Source of the DNA: Vitrella brassicaformis CCMP3155
Lineage: Eukaryota > Protista > Chromerida
DNA length: 64,000 bases
Direction: 5' to 3'
NCBI GenBank assembly: GCA_001179505.1
Contig: CDMY01000434.1
Coordinates: 13,243 to 77,242, forward strand
Below the pieces are notes generated by a model that had not been told where the DNA came from, ran no database searches, and saw only the letters and a list, made by a program, of their open reading frames with translations. Below are positions 17,306-28,102 of this stretch, in pieces. The first letter of the stretch is position 1; every line of letters begins with the position of its first letter. Both the position numbers and the translations under genes were made by a program.

Positions 17306-17994
17306 ATGGTAAGTCGAGGGTGGCAACAGGGCATCGGGTTCACAGGCAGATCACTCAGGGCAACAAGCCAGACGTGACGTGGGAGTGGCAGAGTGTCCGC
17401 GTGGGATCTCATCTCACGGTGGCTGTTTGGCGTCGTGTTTCTGGCTGTATGTGGTTGACTTGACTGACACAGGCGCGTGGAGCGAGCGGCAGTCAGGCAG
17501 CGACTTCAGCCAGCAGCGGCAAGGGCGGTCCAGCCACCACCATCGGAGGACAGCGCACCACGCTCGCACGGTACACAAACAGACAGACTCGGACACACAC
17601 ACACAGCAAGACAACACGGATAGCGGCGGACACACGAGGAGGGAGGCGATGTTCATCTTTCTGGTCTCCTTGTCCCGTGTTGTGTTGGTGTGGGTGTAAT
17701 GTCACTCACAGGCGCAACGTAGGTCGTTCGTCTGCTGTGGCGCCGAGCAGCAAGGGCCGCGGCGCCTCGTCCCAGGGCATCCTGCGGTTCTACACCGATG
17801 ACGCACCGGGACTCAAAGTGTATGCGACCACAGCGAACGAACGCCCTCCACGCGATTCTGGGTTGGTTGATGTGTTTGTTGTATTGCTCAGTGGTCCGAC
17901 GACCGTATTGGTGTTGTCGTTGGTGTTCATGGCGATCGTGGTTATCTTGCACATCATGGGCAAGACGCGAGCTGGCAGATACGAATCCGCCTAG
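17306..17994 (+). CDS. SEC61B: Protein translocon subunit Sec61-beta (103 aa)
   Basis: Exons 17306-17308, 17473-17570, 17712-17819, 17892-17994 give ...GQRTTLARR...[41 protein letters not shown], the Sec61-beta signature plus tail anchor. Confidence 0.95.
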
Positions 17995-18192
17995 AGGGAG
18001 GGAAGGGAACGAACCGCCACCCCAATACACACAAACGGCGGGAGAGGGGGAGGAGCGAAGGAGGGAGAGGTGGCGGGGGGAGAAGCAATAGTATCCCGAT
18101 CGCACGATGGGTGCGTCCGTGTGCTCAGTTGCACACCGCGCCCCGTCGGCTCTCTTGGCGTTGCGTGCTTGTGCGATGTGATGTTTAATTAG

Positions 18193-18492
18193 NNNNNNNN
18201 NNNNNNNNNNNNNNNNNNNNNNNNNNNNNNNNNNNNNNNNNNNNNNNNNNNNNNNNNNNNNNNNNNNNNNNNNNNNNNNNNNNNNNNNNNNNNNNNNNNN
18301 NNNNNNNNNNNNNNNNNNNNNNNNNNNNNNNNNNNNNNNNNNNNNNNNNNNNNNNNNNNNNNNNNNNNNNNNNNNNNNNNNNNNNNNNNNNNNNNNNNNN
18401 NNNNNNNNNNNNNNNNNNNNNNNNNNNNNNNNNNNNNNNNNNNNNNNNNNNNNNNNNNNNNNNNNNNNNNNNNNNNNNNNNNNNNNNNNNNN
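18193..18492. other. Scaffold gap (300 N) between the convergent 3' ends of SEC61B and MGMT
   Basis: N run. Confidence 0.99.
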
Positions 18493-19016
18493 GGGGGGGG
18501 TGCGTGTGAGCATAATTCACTGACGGACTCTGCATTGCATGGAGGGGGGAGGGGAGGGGAGGGGCGGGGGGGTGGGAGGGAGGGATGATCCACGCACATG
18601 TGCCCATGGCGCCTGTGTCACAACATAGACAGCCAGATCGATGGGTGGCTGTGGCTCTCTGGATTTTTGAATGGACCTTCCTTGCATTCCTTCCATGGTG
18701 TGTCGCTCGTCGTTTCAATTCAATGAATCAATCAGTTGACGGCCTCAAAAACGTCTGTCTGTCTTCACAATGAAGGGTCTGTCTATACAGTACAGCCGCA
18801 CGAGCCTCGCCTCGCCTCGCCTCCTCTCTCGCATGCTTATCAGCCCATCACCAGATGCTCGCACGCATCCTTGCGGCGATGAGCATCACACGCGCGCAAG
18901 ATGAAGCAACCAGGCAGAGGCACCGCAGCAGGCAGGCAGGCAGGCAGCACACATCCACCCACTCGAAAACGTGCTGATGCCATGCCGCACATCACATTCC
19001 CCTCCTCTAGTCTAGC

Positions 19017-19812
19017 CTAGCCGTTCTTCTGTCTCTTCTTGGGCACATCATCGTTGCCATGGTTGCCTAGGGAAAGCTGGCGCTTGTCCCCTGCCCTCAC
19101 ACCCGGCTGCCTGTCCTGCTCTTGTCTGTGGTCCTCCAGGGCGGTCTTGCCTGATCCGAGGTCGAAGAGGAACTCTTTTGGAATCCTGCTGTCGCGACTG
19201 CCCGGCGCCTTGTTGACCGTGACGCCCTCCTGCTGCAGTCGCCTGACCTTGTCAGGCAGATTGGGATTGTCGGGACCTGAACGGCCACCTGCAGACAACA
19301 GCCAGAGGTGAGGTGATCCAGGCAGGCAGGCAGGCAGGCAGGCCGGCAAGCGTTCCTCTTCCCCACCGAAGCCGCCGATGGTGAGGTCAGCGTTGACGAC
19401 CCTGTGTCAGGGAACCGCCGGGGCGAACGGGTTTCTCTTCATCGCTGCACCACAACACAGGTACCTCACGAGCACAGGACACAGAGATCCATCCCACCCA
19501 TCCCCACTTCCACACATCCATCCCATCCCCCCAGTGCACCGCACCCACCTTACCTTGTCCAATAGCCTGGCCAGATCCACAGCCAACCGCCTCGCCCAGT
19601 GCCTTGTAGGTCGTCACCTTCCCCGCAGGCACACGCATCAGCGCCTCAAACACGCGCCGCTGGAATGGCGTGATGCGATGCGCAGACCAGTCAATAACAC
19701 CTGGCGCACCATCGCCCTCATCCTCTGCTGCTATAGCCGCAGCGCTCGAGTGGCCGCCAGGCCCATCCTCAGCCTCCCCGGCCTCATCGTGGCCATCTGC
19801 ACTGCGGCTCAT
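19017..19812 (-). CDS. MGMT: O6-alkylguanine-DNA alkyltransferase (MGMT/Ogt C-terminal domain) with an in-frame TGA at the catalytic Cys; candidate selenoprotein
   Basis: Exons 19812-19554, 19444-19367, 19288-19017 (609 nt): ITPFQRRVFEALMRVPAGKVTTYKALGEAVGCGSGQAIGQAMKRNPFAPAVP[TGA]HRVVNADLTIGGFGGRSGPDNPNLPDKVRRLQQEGV. The canonical motif is PCHRV. Confidence 0.9.
19407..19409 (-). other. Putative selenocysteine UGA codon at the alkyl-acceptor position
   Basis: CCC TGA CAC AGG GTC GTC = P-*-H-R-V-V on the minus strand; no SECIS confirmed. Confidence 0.6.
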
Positions 19813-20135
19813 GCTGTGCGGTGGCAGATCTAGACCGACTCCCAGACGGCGTGTTGGGACTGGAGGTAGGCGCGCTCCTGTGAGCTGTAGACGAGGAGGG
19901 CGACGTGGAAACAGCACAGGTGCGAGCAGAGATGGATGGTGACGCCGAAAGCAGAGACGAGGAGGATGATTCTGAGCCAAATTGGCATAGGCTGGCCCAC
20001 GGAGCAGTGATGCCAGCCTTGTGCTTCGAGCATAAAGATGCCACGATCTTGGTAGGGCATAGCGTGAAACCGCCTCCCAGCTCGCAACACTAAGGCAGCC
20101 TCAGACAAGCGAGCCGGCCGTTTGTGCACCTAACG

Positions 20136-21716
20136 ATGGCGACAGAGTCAGCTGAGCCCTCCACTTTGACCAACGGCGCGAAGGCTGCGGACGCAGATCC
20201 CTCCCAGGCAGCCGTCACGACCCAGGAGGAGCTGGACGAGAAGGTCAAGGCACTCGCAGAGGAGGTCAAGGTCAGCCACCACAACGCACATGTCAACTCG
20301 GGCGGGAGAGAGGCGGGCGATGAGATGAGGCAGCCGGGCACTGCGTGTGTCTCGCACGTGTGACGTGGGAGGGTGGTGGGGCATGGCTGGCGACAGATCT
20401 GCGTGTGTGCGGGTGCGGCCGGTGGGCACACCACACTCTCCCTTTGTGTGTCTGTCTGTGTGTGTGGCTCGTCAGGCGTTGCGCTCCGACTTGAATGACG
20501 TCAAGCAGAAGAGCCTGCGCAGCTCCCGCGAGGTCGGCCAGCTCAAAGTCGTCATCCACGAGCTACACCAGCTACTCACAGTAAGCACAACATACGCCCA
20601 CCCTACACACCACCCACACCACCCGTCCCTCACACCTCTCCTCCCTCTCTGTCGCGCCCTGTGTTGTTGTGTGTGTATCAGGGAAGCGTCCAGGGTCGTT
20701 CGAGTGAGGCAGCTGGGTCGTTGCCAGCTGAGGAGTCGCCCGAAGCGCAGGACCAGCACGACGAGGACGGCCATGGCGGTGAGGGCGGTGGCGGCAACAG
20801 TGGGCGCCGACGGCGGCGAGGTCGCGGCACTGCTCGGCAGGACATTCAGCCCAAGGTCCCCCAAGTGCAGTGGAGGCAAAAGGGACTCGCTCACACGTAA
20901 GCCAAGGGAAGAAAGACGGAGAGATCCGATCCAGGTCGAATGCACTGCCATGTGCCTCCTCGGTTGGACGTGTGTGTACCTGGTGCTCAGTGATGAAGCT
21001 GCCGCCCCCAAGTCTCCCGAGGACGGCACCCCGGCCTCCCAGGCGGCCCGCGGCGACGAGAGCCATGGCGAAACACCCGAAGAGGGCGCCAAGGACGAAA
21101 ACGGTACCCAACAACACAACACAACACAACACTTCGTACCATCACACACATCACCATACCATACCTCCTACGTGTCTTGTCTTGCTGTTTATCAGGTCGG
21201 GGAGACCGTAGCGGCCGCAACCGTCGTCGCCACAACGGACGTCGTGGTGGCAGTGGCGCCAAGGGTGCCGGTGCGGCTGCTGACAAGTCCGCGTCGCCTG
21301 CCAACGCAGCTGGCAAGGGCGGAGCGGGCGGTCGCGCGTCGGGCAGTGCACCCGCCATGACCGACCAGCAGCGGAAGGAGGAAGAGCAACTCAAGTGAGC
21401 AGAGCAGGGCGTGCCATGGGGTGGACGGCCTGTGTATGCCCTTATACTGTCTGAGTATGTGTGTGTGTGTGTGTGTCCATCAGGGAGGTGTTCCGCAATG
21501 CCAACACGCCAGACGAGGTCAAGAACGCCATGCAGCGGGTATGCAACACAGTTACCTGCAAGGGAGAAGCCAATCAGAGAGAGGGTGTGGGGTGTGGCAT
21601 GGTGCAACGCTTGCTTTTAGGCTCGTGAGTTGGATCTGAGTTATTTGGTTGAGTTGGGGGGGAAGAAGCTCAAGAAGGTGGAGGACGCCGCCAGCGCACC
21701 CTCCGGACCCGCATAA
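20136..21716 (+). CDS. Hypothetical protein: N-terminal coiled coil, Arg/Gly-rich low-complexity middle, short helical C-terminal module
   Basis: In-frame spliced exons: MATESAEP...EELDEKVKALAEEVK|ALRSDLNDVKQKSLRSSREVGQLKVVIHELHQLL|...GRGDRSGRNRRRHNGRRGG...|EVFRNANTPDEVKNAMQR|ARELDLSYLVELGGKKLKKVEDAASAPSGPA*. Confidence 0.75.
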
Positions 21717-22854
21717 CACACACACACACACACACAGACATGCCATCGACAGTGCACCAACTACAGTCGTCCATTGCACACCGACAGACACACCGAGACA
21801 TATGGCTACCTGGTAATTGATTGGAGAGACAGATGGAATGAGGCAGAGAGACGTCGATGTGCGCGGTGTTTGCACCAGCACGTCCGTCTTGCTCACATCT
21901 TTCTGTTCCGTCCACGCACTCTCTCGTGACATGTGGTGTGTGGTGGTGTGGTGTGTTCGGTGGATGGGTCACGGTGTGTTGTGGTGTGGTGTGGTGTGGT
22001 GTGGCCGCTTGTCTCTCTCACTACTCATGGCTCGCTCTCCTGCCGAGCCCCCGTTTCTCTCTCCCTCCTTGCTCCTTATCCTTCCTTGTCCCTTGATTGC
22101 TCCCCCTTGCTGCTGACTGGGTGCCTTTACTGGGTGGGTGACGGCATGCACTCACTCCTTTGCCCCCCTGTCTGCTGTGCCATCCATCGTATGCATCGGT
22201 TGGTGTAAACGAGCGTGTTTGCAAATGGATGTCATGGCGACCGACCGATCGGTCTACCGATATATCAGAAAGGTCCGTGGCACGGCACGAGGGAGCGAGC
22301 CGTGTGCGGCGGATGGGTGGGCGGGGAACTGTATGTGTAAACCGACTGTGCGTTTTGCACCGGTACTTCCGCCCGAAACCCGCGCAAGCAGGCCCGCCTG
22401 CACGCACCATGCACCTCACACGAGAGCGTCTCTGATGCACTCGACCGCTTCCTGCCTGCCTGCCTGACTCGATGCTCCGCTGCCGAGGTCTGTTCCCTTG
22501 ACTGCCTGCCTCCCTGTTACTACGACGCTTCCTCTCTTGGTCTGCTGTGTGCCTTGCCTGCCTGCTTGCTTGCTTGCTTGCTTGCCTACCTTTCACCCTG
22601 GTGCCTGCCTGCCACCGACACAACCAACAGCACTCAACTGGCGTGTCTGTCTGTCTGGTCGGGACGAAAGGCAGACAGGCAGGCAGGCAGGCAGGCCAGC
22701 AGCGAGGCGGGCTGGGCTGCTGGGGTCGGGTGTGTGAGGTGCGGGTGGGGGGGTGGGCTTGCCCCTGCCCCGTCACGGACTGGCTTGATGTGGTGGATTG
22801 ACTGACATGACGTGTGGGCCGCGCTTCTTGCTTCGTTGTGGGCCTTGTTACGCG

Positions 22855-22926
22855 TTCCCGTCGCGAAGGCCACACGGTGTCTGAGTTCCTCGATACTCAG
22901 ACAACGAGTTGCTTTGGCGTCGGGAA
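22855..22926. repeat. Imperfect inverted repeat: 32-bp arms, 8-nt loop, 26/32 Watson-Crick pairs
   Basis: Left arm TTCCCGTCGCGAAGGCCACACGGTGTCTGAGT versus reverse complement of the right arm TTCCCGACGCCAAAGCAACTCGTTGTCTGAGT. Confidence 0.9.
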
Positions 22927-23463
22927 TGGATACCTGGCCTGCTAAGAAGAAGAGCCACGCAAGCGGCAAGCGAAACGGATGCTGTGCTTCCTTCATGCAG
23001 TCACGTTTGTTTCTTTCTTACACATGAGCGGGAGTGCTTTCTACTCTACCCACCACACACGTGCCATGACTGTCATGACGACGGGCGGAGAGAAGAGAAG
23101 AGAACAGGCCTGCCTGCAAGGAAGGACCGAAAGGCGAGGTGCCGTTGCCGTCCGTAGCCCTCCGCGGGTCTCTCTGGGTGGATGGTGTGATTGATTGATA
23201 CGTGTGTATGCTATGCTATGCGGGGAGGGAGACACAGACATAGACTTACATGATTCCACCACCACCACCACCACCACCAAGGACTCACTCACTTGATGCA
23301 GTGCATGCAATGCTGTTTGGAGCTCAACCACCGTGACGCAACGCAGGCACAAGCTGGAAGGAAATGCACTCATTCAGAGTAGACGCACACACACACGAGC
23401 ACTCCAGTGTCGATTCGTTCGAACAGACAGACAGACAGACAGACAGTCACACCCATCCATCAC

Positions 23464-26400
23464 TCAGTCCTCGTCCATGGCATCGTTTTCGTCGTCCCCG
23501 CCCTCCTCCTCGCTCGAGCTGGCCTGGCTGGACCACACCTGATCGCTCGCCACACTCGAGCCATCCTCCTCCTCCTCGCCACCCTCACCCTCGTCTCCCT
23601 CCTGCTGCGCCTCGGCAGCCGCCTCAATGTCCTCCTGCACCACTGCCGCCAGCTGCTGCTCCTCGTCAGGCGGGAAAAACTGACACAGACAGACAGACAG
23701 ACAGATCGACCGACACGCGTGTGGAAGGGGGTGGCAGGGCAGGGAGTGCAGTGTAGTCGGTAGGTACCTGCTCGAGGAATCTGAGTCCGTATGCCATGAG
23801 TGGGGTGAGCTCCACCACGGTCTTGTCGTCGATCCGCAGCAGCACCGTCTCCTCTGTGCTCTTCTTGGCCGGCCCGCCGCCCGAGACGATCGTCTCACTC
23901 GCCTCTTCGGGCGTGCCAGCTGCTGCTGCTGCCATCGCGCGGCGAGACGTCGTGAACTCCTGACAACACCAAACACACACACACAGCAACATGAGCCCAT
24001 CCATCCATCCATGTGGGCGTGTGCACTCTGTCACCCGTTTGAACTCGTCCTGTTCGTGAGCCTTCTCGGTCTTGGCGCTCCTGAGTGCGATGACGTCCGC
24101 GGCGTCCTCCACCTGTGCGAGGGCCTTCTCGAATGCCTCGGCCTCCCTGACGCCCTCGACAGGCCTCTTGGTGACGGCCACACCGCCCTCCTCGGCCGGC
24201 TGCTGGTCGTGCAGCACTCGCGTCTGGTACAGATCGCTGGTGTCGGCCAGTTTCTGATCTCGTGGTGTGACAACAGACAGACAGAGAGATACAGAGAGAG
24301 AGGGTGAGGGTGGGTGTAAGGGTGGGGTGGGGGTGGTCGGCGCACTGACTGACCACGAGTACGTCTCTGACGTCCGTTTTGCTCATGAAGTCTGTGGTGA
24401 ATTTGCCCTGGTCGACCACCACGTCGTCGAGCTGGCGCTTCTGCAGCTGCTTGCGCAGAATGTTCTCCTCGATGGTGTGCTCGCTGATCAGCCGGTAGAT
24501 GTGGACGTCCCGCGTCTGACCAATACGGTGACACCTGCAGCGCACACACAGCACAGCAACACACACGCATCCCTCTCTGCGGGGACTGGTCTGGTGCGTG
24601 GCGTGCCTGTCCATGGCTTGTCGGTCCATGGCGGGGTTCCAGTCGGAGTCGTAAAAGATGACGGTGTCTGCGCCAGTGAGGTTGAGCCCGATGCCGCCGG
24701 CGCGTGTGGAGGAGATGAAGAGGAAGATCTTCCTGTTGGCGTTGAAGGTCTCGACGAGCCGCTGTCTGTTCTCGACCTTGGTGCTGCCGTCCAGCCGCAC
24801 ATAAGTGTGGCCGTGCAAGTTGATGAAGTCCTCCAGCACGTCCAGCATCTTGCTCATCTGCACCATGCATTGCATGCCATAAGAGACAGACACAGAGAGA
24901 GGTCCGTCCGTGTGCTGTGGATATGGGGGGGGGGGGGGGGGGGGGGGGNNNNNNNNNNNNNNNNNNNNNNNNNNNNNNNNNNNNNNNNNNNNNNNNNNNN
25001 NNNNNNNNNNNNNNNNNNNNNNNNNNNNNNNNNNNNNNNNNNNNNNNNNNNNNNNNNNNNNNNNNNNNNNNNNNNNNNNNNNNNNNNNNNNNNNNNNNNN
25101 NNNNNNNNNNNNNNNNNNNNNNNNNNNNNNNNNNNNNNNNNNNNNNNNNNNNNNNNNNNNNNNNNNNNNNNNNNNNNNNNNNNNNNNNNNNNNNNNNNNN
25201 NNNNNNNNNNNNNNNNNNNNNNNNNNNNNNNNNNNNNNNNNNNNNNNNGGGTGTCTCTGTCTGTGTGTGGGGTGGCTGGTGCACTGCACTGCACCTACCT
25301 GTGTGAAGAGCAGGCATCTGTGCCCCTCTTGCTTGAGCCGCTTGAGCAGCCCATCCAGCACCGTCAGCTTGCCGCAGTCCCACTGCAGCATCCGACGGTC
25401 GGGGAACGAACACAACAGACTGGTTTGCCACACACACCCACACACCCACACACCCACACACACAACACAAGGGCAATAAGCCAAATGCATGTGCCTGTCG
25501 GTCTTTCTGTCGGGCGTACTTGAGTTGAATGGGGTGCAGCAGAGTGTCCCTTGAGCGCAGGAGCCTCGTTGAGACGGGCCTCAAGAACATCTCTGACCGC
25601 TGCACGTTGTCGCAACCCCCCGGGCCGGTCAGACTGACACGCGCGCACACACACAATGTCAATGTGTGTCGGTGTACCCCTCTCCCTCTCTCCCTCCCCG
25701 TGTCGTCTCTCGTACTGGAGTATCGGGGCTGTCGTCGTGACCTTGGGCACGGCGCACAAGGCATGACGCAGCATCGGCCACAACCTGTGTGAGCCCAGCA
25801 CACACACACACGAGTGAGTGCCCGGAGGCCCATCCAGCCATCCATCCCCGTCAGCTCCCTCGCCGGCCGACGCACCTGTGCAGCACTTGCAAGGGTGTGG
25901 GACACATCTCCTTCAGGGCAGCCGTCATGTCCAGCAGATCCTGGCTCGACTTGGCACGCTCATGCACCAGCAACGCCGCTGTGTGCGGCGCCCGATGCAC
26001 CCGGTCACTGTCACTGTCACCGTCACCGTCACCGTCACCGTCATCGTCATGGCCGTCTGGTCGTCTCCTCCTCCTTTGCTTGAGGATGCTCTTGACCATC
26101 TTGATGCAGTCGGTGCCGTAGACGACGTGCGCCTTGTCCAGCCGCTGAGTGTTGAGGGCGTTGTTCATGCGCCAACGGCCCTGCCGGAAGGCCACCTCAC
26201 GGTGCTCGACGTCCTTCAGGGCCCTGAGCACAATGAATGCCATGCCCGAGATGCAATATTTCGTGTGTGTGTGGTCGATTCCTTTCTCGTTACTGACTGT
26301 TCGATGAAGGGGTGTCTCGCATAGTGTGAGTTGAGCCTCCAGTGCTCCCTCACGAGCTGCGCCCGCATCTTGCCCAGCACGAACTCGTCCAACGGCGGCA

Positions 26401-28071
26401 CACTCGCACTCCCCAGCCGCCGCCCCTCCTCGGGTGCAAACCCGAAAGGCGAGCCCCCGTCGCCATGGCAGCTGTCGACAGCTGGGGAGACGTCTACCTC
26501 CATCTCGACACCATTGGCCACACCCACGCCCACGCCGTGGTTGTCATTGGTGGGCTCTTCCTTGACCACCGGCAGTGGACGCTCGTCGACGGCCATCATG
26601 CTCATGCCGACGTCCTCCTCTCGCTTTGGGAACGGGGGAGGGGGAGGGGCCATGGGCGCAGGGCGGGACTGGCCGAGAGCCACAGGGGGGTTGAACAGAC
26701 CATTGGCGGCGGACGGGTGATCAGGTGGTGCATGTGCAGGGGGGGCTGCCTCCGGTGGCTGCGGTGGCTGTGGCAAGAGGGACTGCCGTGCGCTCTTCTC
26801 CTCGGCCCGCTTCTTTTCCCGAAAAGCGCGGTCATCTTGCTTGAGCAGCGTCCAGTTGACCTGCCTCGATTTGGTCTCGTCGTCCTCCGGCATGTCGCAC
26901 GTGACCTGGTGGCAGTGGTCGCACCGCATCAGCTCGGCGTCGTTGGCGCAGAAGGTGATGAGCTTCCGCTCCTTGCGGGTGAAGCGGCGCGAGTCGCCGA
27001 GGCAGCGCCACTTGTCGCACTTGATGCACTGGAACCACTCGATGCCGCCCACAAAGTCCTCCTCGGGACCGTCGTCCTCGTCGCTGTCACCGAGACCGAG
27101 ACCCGAGTCTGCGGCCGCTGCTGGTGGTGGTTGTGACGCAGACGGCTGCTCCGGCTCGACCTGATTCTTGATGGCGAGACGGCCACACCACACACACAGA
27201 CACAGACACACGCAAAGAAAGATGCAAGCTGCACTCCTTCCCCGCCTCTCTCTGTCCATCTGTCTGTCTGTCAACCTCTCTCCCTCTCACCTTGGCGTCA
27301 TTCTTAAGCATGCGTGTGGCGACAGGCTGCATGAGGGCCTGCTGTTGCCCCCTCCCACCCGCACCACCATCGATGGTCTTCCTCTTGCCCCGCAGCCTGT
27401 TGAGGAACGACCCCTGCAGGTTGGCACTCACATCGAGGGCCGACTTGCGCCGGGGAGAGGCCCCCGGGTGGTCGACGGACACCTGCAGGCCCGCGAGGGC
27501 GTGCTCGAAGGTGGCGTCGTCTGGGGTCCACTCGGCCGTGAGGGGGAGGGGGTACCGCAGCTCCTGGGCTCGGAGGATCTGCGTCTTCTCTGATGTGCAC
27601 TCGGTGGTGAGGAGCGACCACACCGGCAAAGCGCTCTTCTCACTGTACCCATTTACCCAGAAGTGACCCACACACACACAGCGATGTGGTCTTGGGTTTC
27701 CCCGTGTATGTGTGTGTTTGGTTACTTGATTCGCTGCATGGAGGTCATGTTGTGCGGCTCGTCCCGCCAGAGGTGCATGAAGGAGGGCACGCGACACACC
27801 AGGGGCGAGTCGGGGATGAAGGGGCTCTCCACACCGCGGGGCTCGAACAGCTCGGGATGGTTGCACACCTTACGCAGCTGCACACATGGTGAACACAACA
27901 CACACACACATGTGGATGGATTGTGTTCATCGTGTGGGCGGCTGAGTGAGTCGGTGGTTTGGCTGACCTGCATGAGCACGTTCATCATGCCGATGAAGTC
28001 CGCACCGGTGAGGCACGACTGCGCCTGCCGGGAGGCCATGAACTCCTCGTATAATGCCTGTGGTCACATAG

Positions 28072-28102
<31 letters not shown>

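Noticed and set aside
18590-18625. Second SECIS-like GTGAC...GGAT in the MGMT 3' UTR
   Set aside because: Only 25 nt between the cores, a bulged short stem and no apical AA.
18848-18890. Hairpin in the MGMT 3' UTR (minus strand GTGAT-GCTCATCGCCGC-AA-...-TGAT) as the SECIS
   Set aside because: The spacing fits the pattern, but the stem pairs GATGCTC with GAGCATC, leaving no tandem G.A quartet, so it is not a canonical SECIS. I found no convincing SECIS in 18493-19016; it could lie in gap 18193-18492 or be non-canonical.
19830-20129. Hydrophobic minus-strand ORF upstream of MGMT as a membrane-anchor exon
   Set aside because: It ends in TAG at 19830 in another frame, with no convincing splice into the MGMT frame; probably 5' UTR/promoter.
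21930-23373. Protein-coding gene between the coiled-coil gene and SWR1
   Set aside because: Splice-like signals exist, but I could not build an open, protein-like spliced frame; the ORFs are dominated by microsatellite translations.
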